A stretch of DNA of 64,000 nt from Macrostomum lignano (GCA_002269645.1 NIVC01001284.1:121733-185732), one strand, 5' to 3'; shown: positions 26,606 to 40,603, counted from the stretch's first letter. Translations and numbers: made by a program. Notes: a model not told the origin generated them from the sequence alone.

Positions 26606-27296
26606 GAGCTACCCATCACAGATAAAGTCAAAATTTCAAATAATATCAAACACAGATACCACAAGAATACTTTATTAATTTCGCTGTGTTTCGTCGCATT
26701 GGATAGTCAGTTATGATCATATCGTAACGAATACATTCAACGTACATTAAAAGTATATTGGGCAAACTTCCTGACCTTGGAGACATCCACCTATGGAAAG
26801 AGATACAGCTCTTGTGGGCAAGCACTTTACAAACTATGGAACTAGAGTTAAACACGAGAGAGAAGCTGTAGTTGCATAGGAAACCACTTCATCACATCAG
26901 CCGCTTTAATTTGTGAGCTTGCGCATGCGAAGAGGAAGAGAGCTCAGTTGAGTGACTAAGTATTCGGTATTCGAGTAAAACTGCCTCTTTTGCCCGCGGG
27001 CGTGACTTGCTGAAGCGTGCAACGAGTCTCATGGCCGCTTGCTGACTTGAAAAATTCTTCCTAAGAAAAGCTTTTAAACTTTCTACATATTGAGCTTGAA
27101 GGCAAATACGGTTTAGCTACAGAATTCATTCGCTAAATGATAGGCACTTTTTGTAATTTTAGAATAAATCGGTTAAAAGTTTACAACTTATTTTCTTGGA
27201 AAATAATTATATCATATAGGCTTCCGTATGTTTTAAATAACGTTAACAAAACGATGCGTCAACCATACTTAATTGCTAACTTTTTAAGAGTTTCTT

Positions 27297-28345
27297 AGAT
27301 GCCATGGCTCAATGCTGGGTTGCTGAGATGCCATGGCTCAATGCGGGGTTGCTGAGATGCCATGGCTCAATGGGGGGTTGCTGAGATGCCATGGCTCAAT
27401 GGGGGGTTGCTGAGATGCCATGACTCAATGATGAGTTGCTGAGATGCCAATTGGCTCAATGGGGGTTGCTGAGATCCCAATTGGCTCAATGGAGGGTTGC
27501 TGAGATGCCATGGCTCAATGGAGGGTTGCTGAGATGCCATGGCTCAATGGGGGGTTGCTGAGATGCCATGGCTCAATGGGGGGTTGCTGAGATGCCATGA
27601 CTCAATGATGAGTTGCTGAGATGCCAAGGACCAATGAGGAGTTGCTGAGATGCCATGGCCCAATGGGGAGTTGCTGAGATGCCAAGGCTCAATGAGGAGT
27701 TGCTGAGATGCCAAGGCTTAATGAGGAGTTGCTGAGATGCCATGACTCAATAGGGGGTTGCTGAGATGCCATGACTCAATGGGGGTTGCTGAGATGCCAA
27801 TTGGCTCAATGGGGGGTTGCTGAGCTCCCAATTGGCTCAATGGGGGGGTTGCTGAGATGCCAATTGGCTCAATGGGGGGTTGCTGAGATGCCATGGCTCA
27901 CTGAGAAGTTGATGAGATGCCAATTGGTTCAATGGGGAGTTGCTGAGATGCCATGGCTCACTGGGGAGTTGCTGAGATGCCAATTGGCTCAATGGGGGGT
28001 TGCTGAGATGCCAATTGGCTCAATGGGGGGTTGCTGAGATGCCAATTGGCTCAATGGGGGGTTGCTGAGATGCCATGGCTCACTGAGAAGTTGATGAGAT
28101 GCCAATTGGTTCAATGGGGAGTTGCTGAGATTCCATGGCTCACTGGGGAGTTGCTGAGATGCCAATTGGCTCAATGGGGGGTTGCTGAGATGCCAATTGG
28201 CTCAATGGGGGGTTGCTGAGATGCCAATTGGCTCAATGGGGGTTGCTGAGATGCCAATTGGCTCAATGGGGGTTGCTGAGATGCCAATTGGCTCAATGGG
28301 GGTTGCTGAGATGCCATGGCTCAATGGGGGGGGGTTGCTGAGATG
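27297..28345. repeat. Minisatellite, 29-31 bp unit (gagatgccatggctcaatggggggttgct)
   Basis: About 34 tandem units; unit resembles sequence inside Helitron copy 2. Confidence 0.9.
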
Positions 28346-28816
28346 CAAAGCCGAAGGTAAGGAGCTTTTAGAAAAAAGATCAATTCCTTTATTTGTCGAG
28401 CCTACAACCCGAAGACCAACGATTTCGCCTTTTTGACAGCAAACAAACTCGGATTTGATGTACACTCTGGCAGAGCCGTCCTGATCTTGTCAAAGCTAAA
28501 GTGAATGCAGTTTAACAGCTTTTTAACACCTGGCAATCTTAACACTTTGAACACTTTGCTCACACACAGACATTTCCCGCTTCAAAGCAGCTTTGGAACA
28601 AAAGGCTTCACTTAATTGATTTTAGCCAAGCTTTCCCACGAAGTGCCACTTCAAACTATAACAAATTCTTCAAATAGATTCAGAATTATCGCGAGAATGT
28701 TGTTTGAATTCAGTGCCAGATCCTGCTTTTCTACTCTTAGTAGTTAAGTATGCAAATTATTAACTCTTTAAACCTAGTTGGATCTATTTAAGCTGAATAA
28801 AATCTATATTTAATCT

Positions 28817-29401
28817 TTGGTGCTAAAGCCCCTGGTGCTAAATCCCCTGGTGCTAAAGCCCCTAGTGCTAAAGCCCCTGGTGCTAAAGCCCCTGGTGCTA
28901 AAGCCCCTGGTGCTAAAGCCCCTGGTGCTAAAGCCCCTGGTGCTAAATCCCCTGGTGCTAAATCCCCTGGTGCTAAAGCCCCTGGTGCTAAAGCCTCTAG
29001 TGCTAAATCCCCTGGTGCTAAAGCCCCTGGTGCTAAAGCCTCTAGTGCTAAAGCTTCTGGTGCTAAAGCCCCTGGTGCTAAATCCCCTGGTGCTAAAGCC
29101 CCTAGTGCTGGCGCCCCTGGTGCTAAAGCCCCTGGTGCTAAAGCCCCTGGTGCTAAAGCCCCTGGTGCTAAAGCCCCTGGTGCTAAAGCCCCTGGTGCTA
29201 AAGCCCCTGGTGCTAAAGCCCCTGGTGCTAAAGCCCCTGGTGCTAAAGCCCCTGGTGCTAAAGCCCCTGGTGCTAAAGCCCCTGGTGCTAAAGCCCCTGG
29301 TGCTAAAGCCCCTGGTGCTAAAGCCCCTGGTGCTAAAGCCCCTGGTGCTAAAGCCCCTGGTGCTAAAGCCCCTGGTGCTAAAGCCCCTGGTGCTAAAGCC
29401 C
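28817..29401. repeat. Minisatellite, 15 bp unit (ggtgctaaagcccct)
   Basis: About 39 near-perfect units; source of the LVLKP pseudo-ORF. Confidence 0.95.
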
Positions 29402-29424
29402 GTTAACGCCTGTTAACGCATGTC

Positions 29425-29722
29425 GGGGCCGTAGCCCAGTGGTCTAATGCGCAGCGCTCCTATGTTCCAGCGGTCCAGGCTCGATTCCAAATGCAGCCAA
29501 AATTAATTTGAGGCTAAATTAGAATTTCTGCTTGGCTTTTCTCGATTCAATTAACACCCGAATTGAAGGCCAACCCCCAAGGCACAGTGAAGTGTACATG
29601 CCTAACGCTAAATAAAGTTAGAGCCGCTGTACACTCCTGTGTGAGTGTGTGCCTGTGCGTATGACTGCGTACGTATCCGCGCGCTTGTGTGCCTGCTCAG
29701 GGGAGTCGGTGGAATGGGAAAT
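29425..29722 (+). mobile_element. tRNA-derived SINE, family A, 3'-truncated or diverged copy
   Basis: Head ggggccgtagcccagtggt (A box) ... ggctcgattcc (B box), then the same body as 50569..50939. Confidence 0.85.
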
Positions 29723-30181
29723 AATGGCTCCCTCGTTAGCTATAACCTGGTACAAGATTGCTCCTCTCATAGCGTATTCCGACAGTTGTCACCCCATAAC
29801 CAGTTCATGAGCCTGAGCTCATGGGTCCTTCTTGAGACGCAAATAGCATCACCCACAGTTGAGATGAAAACCGCAAGTCGGCAATTCTACTAGCAATGCT
29901 CCAAAAATTGTTCTAATTGTCATAAAGAAATTGGCTTTCTTTCCTGCCTGGAATGCAACTCAAATGCATCAATAATTCAATAATGCAATACACGCTAGGC
30001 TGGGAGCTCGCAAAAAAACGTCACTGCAAGTGGCTTCCAGCCAATTACTGTTAAGTTTCTTTCACTGCATCCGTATAATAGGAGGATCCCAGCTGCTTCA
30101 AAACAGTCGCTTTCACGTCGCCATACGCGTAGTCTTCATCATTTATTCCTTCCCAGTTAAGTCTAGCTCCCAAGCTGAATA

Positions 30182-32153
30182 ATGTTGTTGATTTTCATGC
30201 TGCTGTGCCTGACAACTTGGCAGTCAACAGGAGCCGTGGGCTGTCAGTTCAAGCTGACCAGTTTAGCTGGGTGTCCATCTGACCCCAGCTCCGCGCAACT
30301 CACTGTGCAGCAGTCTGACAACAAGCAGCAGTGCGCAATGCTCTGCACCAAGCATTCATGGTGTGCAGCGCTGATCTTCACTGCTGCCCGCGTCTGCCAG
30401 CTGTTCACCGCGGAGACGGTGCTACTTGGCTGGAAGGCGTCCTGCGGTGGACAGTCAGCTCTGGTCTTCAATGACAGACTGCTCAGTTTTCACACTGGTG
30501 AGACATTGGGGACAAAGAATGCTAAGTAAGCGTGCGGTCTCATATAAGTACTCAGTATCCTAAGCGCGCAGGGTGGAAGCGCTACATTTGAAACTAGCCC
30601 CAAAGACATTGCTTAACTTTTGTCACGCGTTCTGTTTTTTTTGTCAGAATACCTTGCGGCTCGAAGCGTGACTCGAAAGCGAGTGTACATTCCCAATAAC
30701 TCGGCGAAGATCTTCGCCACCCGTCTGGTGCCAGAGCCGACTGTCTCGACGCTCATTGGCTGCGTTGCCAAGTGCAGCGCTACGCCGTCGACGTGTCGCG
30801 GAATCCTGTTCAACTCCAGCAACTGCTCACTGCTCAACGACTATCCGCTGTGCCGCTGGTTCGGGCAGCCACCAGGCAGCCCTGAGTTTGCCGTCTATGT
30901 GAGCAACGTTATTTTACAGAGGATTCTGTATGTATTTTCGCACATAATTTACATATAGTTAGAACTTAGAGTTATACTCGTCCACTGTAAACTCATGCAG
31001 GAGTTCTACACGGTCCTAACCCAGCAGTGCTTCGAGACGGTCAATCTTCGAGTGTCGGACGCTTTGAGCTTCGACCGGCTCTGGGCCGACTACAAGGCCG
31101 GCTTCGGGACTTATCACGACAACTACTTTGTTGGTTAGTCACACTAATGTTTCACAAGCTTAATATTTTTTCAAGCTCAAAAAGTATCCAACTTCAAGTT
31201 TTTAGCTGGCGGGAGTGCATGAATGTCAAGACTGTTCAATGATGTGAAATTTCATGCTTTTGAAGCTTCGAGCTAGTAAAATGCTAGCTCTGCCTTTGCT
31301 GATGTGGACTTGATTGACAATGTGTCTTTGACGATGCGTCTTGGATTATGTGTCTTTGCCTGTGTGTGTCTTTGCCTATGTGTCTTTGCCTGTGTGTGTC
31401 TTTGCCTATGTGTCTTTGACGATGCGTCTTGGATTATGTGTCTTTGCCTGTGTGTGTCTTTGCCGATGTGTCTTTGACGATGTGTCTTGGATTATGTGTC
31501 TTTGCCTGTGTGTGTCTTTGCCGATGTGTCTTTGACGATGCGTCTTGGATGTCTTTGACGAAGTGCCTTTAGCGATGTGAACTTGTTTGCAATGTGTCTT
31601 TCTTAATTTGGACTTTTCTTACGATGTGTCTTTTTTGGCGTGAGCTTATTTAGCCAGCAAATGCAATCCAGTATGTAGCACATTATTTTCTTTGCCAGGC
31701 CTGGAGTGGCTGCACACCAGGACCAGCGCTCAGCCCAGTAACAACCGGTTCCGCGTTGACCTGCTGTACTGGGACGACAATTACATTTACGCCTACTACG
31801 TCAACATTCACATTCTGGCTGAAAGTACAAACTATACGCTGTCTGCTTACACCTTTGTGCCTGGTGGAGGTCTTGGAAACTGCCTATTTGGCCCTTTTAA
31901 TATGCAGTTTATGACCCGAGACCGCGGATGGAGTGACTGCACGGCTAATTGTGCCGTTGTCTTCTTGCCTCACTGGCACAAGTGCTGCCACTGTAGTGGA
32001 CCTTTCGGTCGGTACTTCAACTACCCATACGCGCTGAATGTATCAGCTGCAGACAGGGCCAAGGGCATCGTGTGGGCTAGTAATGCTCCAAGCAACGTTA
32101 CAGACGGCTGGTACTACAGCTTTAAGCAGCTGGAGATTCTCATGCTGACTTGA
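30182..32153 (+). CDS. Secreted PAN/Apple-PAN/Apple-fibrinogen-like (FReD) protein, 384 aa; exons 30182..30497, 30648..30898, 31001..31133, 31699..32153
   Basis: Exons total 1155 nt with consistent phases (1,0,1) and GT-AG ends. Has a signal peptide, PAN-like motifs CAMLCTKHSWCAALIF..VCQLF and CVAKCSATPSTCRGILF..NCSLL, and FReD motifs FDRLWADYKAGFG..DNYFVGLEWLH, RVDLLYWD, ESTNYTL, FMTRDR, GIVW. Confidence 0.85.
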
Positions 32154-33366
32154 GCTACCTGTAGTAACAAGAGTTCTATTAATACCATGACCTGTTGCAA
32201 GACATTTTGAATTGTGCAGGTATGCCCCACTTGCACTAGTGCAGTTGTTTATGATCCAATCACAATGTCCATGGCAATTGTAGTATTTTTAGCAGGTTTT
32301 TTGGGGCTCCTGGGGGTTCTATGGTGTGATGCACGCGTGGTCTCATGGACGAACATTCAAAAACCTTATACAAGATAGGCAATCCCGGAAAATAAAATTC
32401 AACAATATCATGCATAGCTTTGTACGTATCATCTTTATCAATTTTTTCTTTTTCTTTTCCTTATCTTAGAAAGCATATTTTCACATTGCCTTGTTTACGT
32501 ATAAGCAATGGACAACTAGAGTTAAAGGATGCTACACCCCATTTTTCTTAGAAGTAAGTTAAAGACAGTCCAAGAACGCACGTATATTTGTGGCATGCTT
32601 AAGCTACATGTGCTGGATGCTTATGAGTCGTTCTTTTTTGTTATTAATCGTCACAATCGACTTTGTTTCTAAATTAAGTACCGGTAACCTCTAATTAATT
32701 TAGATGTAGCTAATCTAGCTGCGTTCTATCATGATTTAGCTATTAAATCTTCACAAAAATGAGATTTCTATCTTCTGTACATGTATTGCATCCTACACGT
32801 ATGCAATGTATCCTAATAAATGCTCTAGTTGTTCCCCCTAATACTCTAAGATCCTACTGCACAAGTAGACGCCTCTCTACCTCCATTTATGGTAGGGTAT
32901 TAGCAATTCCATTGCGAACAGCGACAAAGATTATATTCTTTTCCACAGAAAAGCTTCTCGTCAGTAGAATTATTTCTTTTTTGACTTAACTCAAAGCGCC
33001 TTTTGAAGGCTGTAAGGACTCAACTAAAAACTTAGTTGAGTCGGGCAAAACGTCCTAACTAACTAAAAAAGGCGCCGCAGTCCCTCACGAAACCTTCTAA
33101 AACGTGCAGTATTTTATTGATCAATTGAAAAAGCAAGCCTGCAAATTGGGAGTGAGTTGCAGCGATGGGAGGAAGGCAAAAAGTTGGCAAAAATGTTGTT
33201 ACAGCACGCGATGGAGTTGGCTGACTATGGGCTCAAGGTATATCTAGCCAGCAAATGGTTGAATATTTCAAAAAAATTATTGAGTTGCAAAAGTTAATAA
33301 AACTAAATATTAATAAATCAAAATAAATAATCATTAAGCCGACTCAATCACCGAACCTTGCACATA

Positions 33367-36300
33367 ATGGTAGATTGTGTCTATTTGGTTTCGGAGGCCA
33401 TGGTAGACTGTGTCTATAGATTCGGAGGTATAGAGAATGGTAGATCGTGTCTATGGATTGGAGGTATAGAGAATGGTAGATCGTGTCTATGGATTGGAGG
33501 TATAGAGAATGGTAGATCGTGTCTATGGATTGGAGGTAGAGAATGTTAGATCGTGTCTATGGATTGGAGGTAGAGAATGTTAGATCGTGTCTATGGATTG
33601 GAGGTAGGGAATGTTAGATCGTGTCTATGGATTGGAGGTAGGGAATGGTAGATAGTGTCTATGGATTGGAGGTAGAGAATGGTAGATCGTGTCTATGGAT
33701 TGGAGGTAGAGAATGTTAGATCGTGTCTATGGATTGGAGGTAGAGAATGTTAGATCGTGTCTATGGATTGGAGGTAGGGAATGTTAGATCGTGTCTATGG
33801 ATTGGAGGTAGAGAATGTTAGATCGTGTCTATAGATTCGGAGGTAGGGAATGTTAGATCGTGTCTATGGATTGGAGGTAGAGAATGGTAGATAGTGTCTA
33901 TAGATTCGGAGGTAGGGAATGGTAGATCGTGTCTATGGATTGGAGGTAGAGAATGGTAGATCGTGTCTATAGATTCGGAGGTAGAGAATGGTAGATCGTG
34001 TCTATGGATTGGAGGTAGAGAATGGTAGATCGTGTCTATAGATTCGGAGGTAGGGAATGGTAGATAGTGTCTATGGATTGGAGGTAGAGAATGGTAGATC
34101 GTGTCTATGGATTGGAGGTAGAGAATGGTAGATCGTGTCTATGGATTGGAGGTAGAGAATGGTAGATCGTGTCTATGGATTGGAGGTAGAGAATGGTAGA
34201 TCGTGTCTATGGATTGGAGGTAGAGAATGGTAGATCGTGTCTATGGATTGGAGGTAGAGAATGGTAGATCGTGTCTATGGATTGGAGGTAGGGAATGGTA
34301 GATCGTGTCTATGGATTGGAGGTAGAGAATGTTAGATAGTGTCTATAGATTCGGAGGTAGGGAATGGTAGATAGTGTCTATGGATTGGAGGTAGAGAATG
34401 GTAGATCGTGTCTATGGATTGGGGGTAGAGAATGTTAGATCGTGTCTATAGATTCGGAGGTAGGGAATGGTAGATAGTGTCTATAGATTGGAGGTAGAGA
34501 ATGGTAGATCGTGTCTATGGATTGGAGGTAGAGAATGTTAGATCGTGTCTATGGATTGGAGGTAGGGAATGTTAGATCGTGTCTATAGATTGGAGGTAGG
34601 GAATGTTAGATCGTGTCTATGGATTGGGGGTAGAGAATGTTAGATCGTGTCTATAGATTCGGAGGTAGGGAATGGTAGATAGTGTCTATGGATTGGAGGT
34701 AGAGAATGGTAGATCGTGTCTATGGATTGGAGGTAGAGAATGTTAGATAGTGTCTATAGATTCGGAGGTAGAGAATGTTAGATAGTGTCTATAGATTCGG
34801 AGGTAGAGAATGTTAGATCGTGTCTATAGATTCGGAGGTAGAGAATGTTAGATCGTGTCTATAGATTCGGAGGTAGAGAATGGTAGATAGTGTCTATGGA
34901 TTGGAGGTAGAGAATGTTAGATCGTGTCTATGGATTGGAGGTAGAGAATGTTAGATAGTGTCTATAGATTGGGTGGTAGAGAATGTTAGATAGTGTCTAT
35001 AGATTCGGAGGTAGAGAATGTTAGATCGTGTCTATGGATTGGAGGTAGAGAATGTTAGATCGTGTCTATGGATTGGAGGTAGAGAATGGTAGATAGTGTC
35101 TATGGATTGGAGGTAGAGAATGTTAGATCGTGTCTATGGATTGGAGGTAGAGAATGTTAGATCGTGTCTATGGATTGGAGGTAGAGAATGGTAGATAGTG
35201 TCTATGGATTGGAGGTAGAGAATGTTAGATCGTGTCTATGGATTGGAGGTAGAGAATGTTAGATAGTGTCTATAGATTGGGTGGTAGAGAATGTTAGATA
35301 GTGTCTATAGATTCGGAGGTAGAGAATGTTAGATAGTGTCTATGGATTGGAGGTAGAGAATGTTAGATCGTGTCTATGGATTGGAGGTAGAGAATGTTAG
35401 ATCGTGTCTATGGATTGGAGGTAGAGAATGTTAGATAGTGTCTATGGATTGGAGGTAGAGAATGTTAGATCGTGTCTATGGATTGGAGGTAGAGAATGTT
35501 AGATCGTGTCTATAGATTGGAGGTAGAGAATGTTAGATAGTGTCTATGGATTGGAGGTAGAGAATGTTAGATCGTGTCTATAGATTGGAGGTAGAGAATG
35601 TTAGATAGTGTCTATAGATTCGGAGGTAGAGAATGTTAGATAGTGTCTATGGATTGGAGGTAGAGAATGTTAGATAGTGTCTATGGATTGGAGGTAGAGA
35701 ATGTTAGATCGTGTCTATGGATTGGGTGGTAGAGAATGTTAGATAGTGTCTATAGATTGGGTGGTAGAGAATGTTAGATCGTGTCTATGGATTGGAGGTA
35801 GAGAATGTTAGATAGTGTCTATAGATTCGGAGGTAGAGAATGTTAGATCGTGTCTATAGATTCGGAGGTAGAGAATGTTAGATAGTGTCTATGGATTGGA
35901 GGTAGAGAATGTTAGATCGTGTCTATGGATTGGAGGTAGAGAATGTTAGATAGTGTCTATGGATTGGAGGTAGAGAATGTTAGATCGTGTCTATGGATTG
36001 GAGGTAGAGAATGTTAGATAGTGTCTATGGATTGGAGGTAGAGAATGTTAGATCGTGTCTATGGATTGGAGGTAGAGAATGTTAGATAGTGTCTATAGAT
36101 TGGGTGGTAGAGAATGGTAGATAGTGTCTATAGATTCGGAGGTAGAGAATGTTAGATCGTGTCTATAGATTCGGAGGTAGAGAATGTTAGATAGTGTCTA
36201 TAGATTCGGAGGTAGAGAATGTTAGATCGTGTCTATGGATTGGAGGTAGAGAATGTTTGATAGTGTCTATAGATTGGAGGTAGAGAATGTTTGATAGTGT

Positions 36301-37522
36301 CTTTAGATTGGAGGTAGAGAATGTTAGATAGTGTCTATGGATTGGAGGTAGAGAATGTTAGATCGTGTCTATAGATTGGAGGTAGAGAATGTTAGATAGT
36401 GTCTATAGATTGGAGGTAGAGAATGTTAGATCGTGTCTATAGATTCGGAGGTAGAGAATGTTAGATAGTGTCTATAGATTGGAGGTAGAGAATGGTAGAT
36501 AGTGTCTATGGATTGGAGGTAGAGAATGTTAGATAGTGTCTATAGATTGGGTGGTAGAGAATGTTAGATCGTGTCTATAGATTGGAGGTAGAGAATGTTA
36601 GATCGTGTCTATAGATTCGGAGGTAGAGAATGTTAGATCGTGTCTATAGATTCGGAGGTAGAGAATGTTAGATCGTGTCTATAGATTCGGAGGTAGAGAA
36701 TGTTAGATAGTGTCTATGGATTGGAGGTAAAGAATGTTAGATAGTGTCTATAGATTCGGAGGTAGAGAATGTTAGATCGTGTCTATAGATTCGGAGGTAG
36801 GGAATGGTAGATAGTGTCTATGGATTGGAGGTAAAGAATGTTAGATAGTGTCTATAGATTCGGAGGTAGAGAATGTTAGATCGTGTCTATAGATTCGGAG
36901 GTAGGGAATGGTAGATAGTGTCTATAGATTCGGAGGTAGAGAATGGTAGATAGTGTCTATGGATTGGAGGTAGAGAATGTTAGATCGTGTCTATAGATTC
37001 GGAGGTAGAGAATGGTAGATAGTGTCTATAGATTGGGTGGTAGAGAATGTTAGATAGTGTCTATAGATTCGGAGGTAGAGAATGTTAGATCGTGTCTATA
37101 GATTGGGTGGTAGAGAATGTTAGATCGTGTCTATGGATTGGAGGTAGAGAATGTTAGATCGTGTCTATAGATTGGAGGTAGAGAATGTTAGATCGTGTCT
37201 ATAGATTGGAGGTAGAGAATGTTAGATCGTGTCTATAGATTCGGAGGTAGGGAATGGTAGATAGTGTCTATGGATTGGAGGTAGAGAATGTCAGATCGTG
37301 TCTATGGATTGGAGGTAGAGAATGTTAGATCGTGTCTATAGATTCGGAGGTAGGGAATGGTAGATAGTGTCTATGGATTGGAGGTAGAGAATGTCAGATC
37401 GTGTCTATGGATTGGAGGTAGAGAATGTTAGATCGTGTCTATGGATTGGAGGTAGAGAATGTTAGATAGTGTCTATAGATTGGATGTAGGGAATGTTAGA
37501 TAGTGTCTATGGATTGGAGGCA
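33367..37522. repeat. Minisatellite, 34 bp unit (tagatcgtgtctatggattggaggtagagaatgg/t), ~4.15 kb
   Basis: About 120 tandem units with a few recurring substitutions. Confidence 0.97.
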
Positions 37523-38714
37523 GAAAATGATTGATTTTTCACTAGTCGCGTAGCTACGAGTGAGATTAACCATTGTCTATGACGAAACCGTATACATAAT
37601 TACATTTTCTGATGAATGTACTGCCCTAAAGTCGCAGCTTAAAAACTACATAATTGCTTCGCACTCCAGCCTCCCAATTTAGTTGAAGGACGCTGTACTT
37701 ATTCCCAATTAGCCGCTTGATTGTGCGTCAGCAGCTACATATAGCTGGTTATTCTGTTTAGCAAATCGAGAAGACACCGTGAGAGAAAATCGAATTAAAC
37801 CGGGATTTACTGGATATTTATTTTTCAATAAATAGCTATATGCCAATTTTTTGATTGGCTAGATTAGCAATCCATTCTATTCCAATCGTTACGTTGCTTG
37901 GCTAGATTAGCAAAACATTTTACTAATTAGTAGAAATTAATATAGCAAGCAAATATAAACATTACGCGTACAGAACAAGTTTTTCTTAGTATCCTTAGTT
38001 ACATAAATAAATAAATAATAATTAAATAAATAATAATAAATAATAAATAAATAATAATAATAAACATATACTAAAAATGGTCTGTCGGTATGTGTGTGTG
38101 TGTGTGTGTGTGATCGATTTTAGCAAAAACGGCTCAACCGATTTTCTTCGAACTTGCACCATTCGATCAGAAATTTTTCCGTGACGGTACATGCATCGTG
38201 GCTAAGAAATTGCTCGATGCTAAAGGGATTAAATATTCGAAAAACATGCTTTTTTGCAAAGGTCAAGCAGCTCTTTCGACTTGAAATGCATTGTAAGAAT
38301 GCTAGAGAAAAAACTGACTGGTTGATTGAATTCTGATTCTGAAATAGATTGCATCATAACTGAATTGTAACTCTAACTTGAATTGCGTCACAGTATTGAA
38401 AATGCAGTGTGGAAGCGTAGCACCAGACTTGATTTAGATTGCGTAACCATATTGTTAACTGATACTGACTGACTGAGAAACTGATTATGTCATAACTGCT
38501 TCGTGTGATTTACTCTATGCTTGGATTTTAAAGTGTTGAATTATATATGTATAAGTGCTAAAATTCATGTTATCAAAACGATGAAAACTAGGCTAGAGGT
38601 GAACAGACTGAACTGCCAAATGCAGCGACGATGGTTCGAATTTTCATAGAGTGGAATTTTTTAATTACAGCTTTTTAACGTCAGGAAAACTAAAAGACTT
38701 TTTTAAAAGAAGCC

Positions 38715-39790
38715 TCATGAAAAAATCATAGAAGCGTCATGTAAAATATCATAGAAGTGTAAAGTAAAAATCATAGAAGCGTCATGTAAACAATCATAGA
38801 AGTGTCATGTAAACAATCATAGAAACGTCATACAAAGAATCATAGAAGCGTCATAAAAATCATAGAAGCGTCATAGAAGCGTAGAAGCGTCATATAAATA
38901 TATAAACATGACATGACATGACATATAAACGTCATGTAAAAATCATAGAAGCGTCATGTAAAAATCATAGAAGTGTCATGTAAACAATCATAGAAGTGTC
39001 ATGCAAACAATCATAGAAACGTCATACAAACAATCATAGAAGCCTCATAAAAATCATAGAAGCGTCATGTAAACAATCATAGAAACGTCGTGTTAACAAT
39101 CAAAGAAGTGTCATGTAAAAAATCATAGAAGCGTCATGTAAAAATCATAGAAGTGTCATGTAAACAATCATAGAAGTGTCATGCAAACAATCATAGAAAC
39201 GTCATACAAACAATCATAGAAGCCTCATAAAAATCATAGAAGCGTCATGTAAACAATCATAGAAACGTCGTGTTAACAATCAAAGAAGTGTCATGTAAAA
39301 ATCATAGAAGCGTCATGTAAAACTTATAGAGACGTCATGTAAAAATCATAGAAGTGTCATGTAAACAATCATAGAAGTGTCATGTAAACAATCATAGAAG
39401 TGTCATAGAAGCGTAGAAGTGTCATATAAACATATAAACATGACGTGACATGACATATAAACGTCATGTAAAAATCATAGAAGCGTCTTGTAAAAATCAT
39501 AAAAGCGTCATGTAAAAATCATAGAAGCGTCATGTAAACAATCATAGAAGCGTCATGCAAAAATCATAGAAGCATCATGTAAAATCATAGAAGTGTCATG
39601 CAAAATCATAGAAGCGACATGTAAAAATCATAGAAACGTCATGTAAAAATCATAGAAGCGTCATGTAAAAATCATAGAAGCCTCATATAAAAACAAATGA
39701 GTGTCATTTAAAAAATTAAGAAGCATCATGGAAGAATAAAAGAAGCGTAATGTAAAAATCAAAAGAACCGTCATGTCAGACATGAAAGAA
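38715..39790. repeat. Minisatellite, ~21-22 bp unit (aaaatcatagaagcgtcatgta), inside Helitron copy 2
   Basis: Degenerate tandem units; includes a 180-bp tandem duplication (38941..39120 = 39121..39300). Confidence 0.9.
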
Positions 39791-40603
39791 GTGTCATATA
39801 AAAATTAAATGAAGCTATAGTGCTGTGCTGGGGAGAATTACTGAGACATCAAGGCTCACAGAGAATAACTGAGATTACAGGGGGGGGGGTTTCTGAGATG
39901 TCAAAGCAAAAGTCAGAAGCTACTTGAAAGTAAATGTACTTTACTCAATTTTATTATTACATTCTTTGTTGGCTTGCCACGGGGGGGGCGCTGATAGAAG
40001 AAGAGTCATGTAAAAAATAAAAGTAGCACTATGTATACATAAAAGAAAAGTCATGTCGAAGTTAATAGATTCATTTGGGAATTGCTACGATGTCAAAGCT
40101 TAGAGGGAATCGTTATAGTGCTGTGATTCTTAAAGAAGGAATCACTAAAATGCCAAGGCTTAGGGAAGAAGAATTGCTGAGATTTCAAGGCTTTAGGTTG
40201 GGTTGTTAGGTGAGGTGTGGGTTGAGGGTTATATTTTATCGGGTTTCAAGGTTAACAGGGGATTTTTAGATTTCAAGGTTTATGGGGGGCATCGCTGACA
40301 TGTCAAGGCTTACGGGAGGAACAGCTGAGATGTCAAGGCTCACGGGGGTATAAATGAGATTTCAAGGCTAAAGTCAGAAGCTACATATATTTTATTGAAA
40401 ACTTTTTAATACATTATTTGTTGGCTCCTCAGGGGAGGGATCGCTGATAGAAAAAGCGTAATGTAAAAAATAAAAGAAGCTTCATGTCGCAGTTAAGAGA
40501 TTCATTTGGGAATCCCTACGATGTTGAGGCTTGCAAGGAATCGCTATAATGCTGTAGTAGTGCTATAATGACTCTTAGAGAGAATTACTGAAATTTCAAT
40601 GCT

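Noticed and set aside
25734-29416. TVTD/SQTQ, MPIGSMG and LVLKP repeat ORFs
   Set aside because: Translations of 12-, 29-31- and 15-bp tandem arrays; no unique flanking coding sequence.
29425-29492. tRNA gene (also 50569..50635 and 6730..6800)
   Set aside because: A and B boxes are present but no complete cloverleaf or acceptor stem could be formed; each continues into a shared SINE body.
33367-37522. Regular ~34-bp periodicity suggestive of a CRISPR array (also the 42-bp and 30-bp arrays)
   Set aside because: Units are head-to-tail with no unique spacers, there are no cas genes, and the context is eukaryotic.
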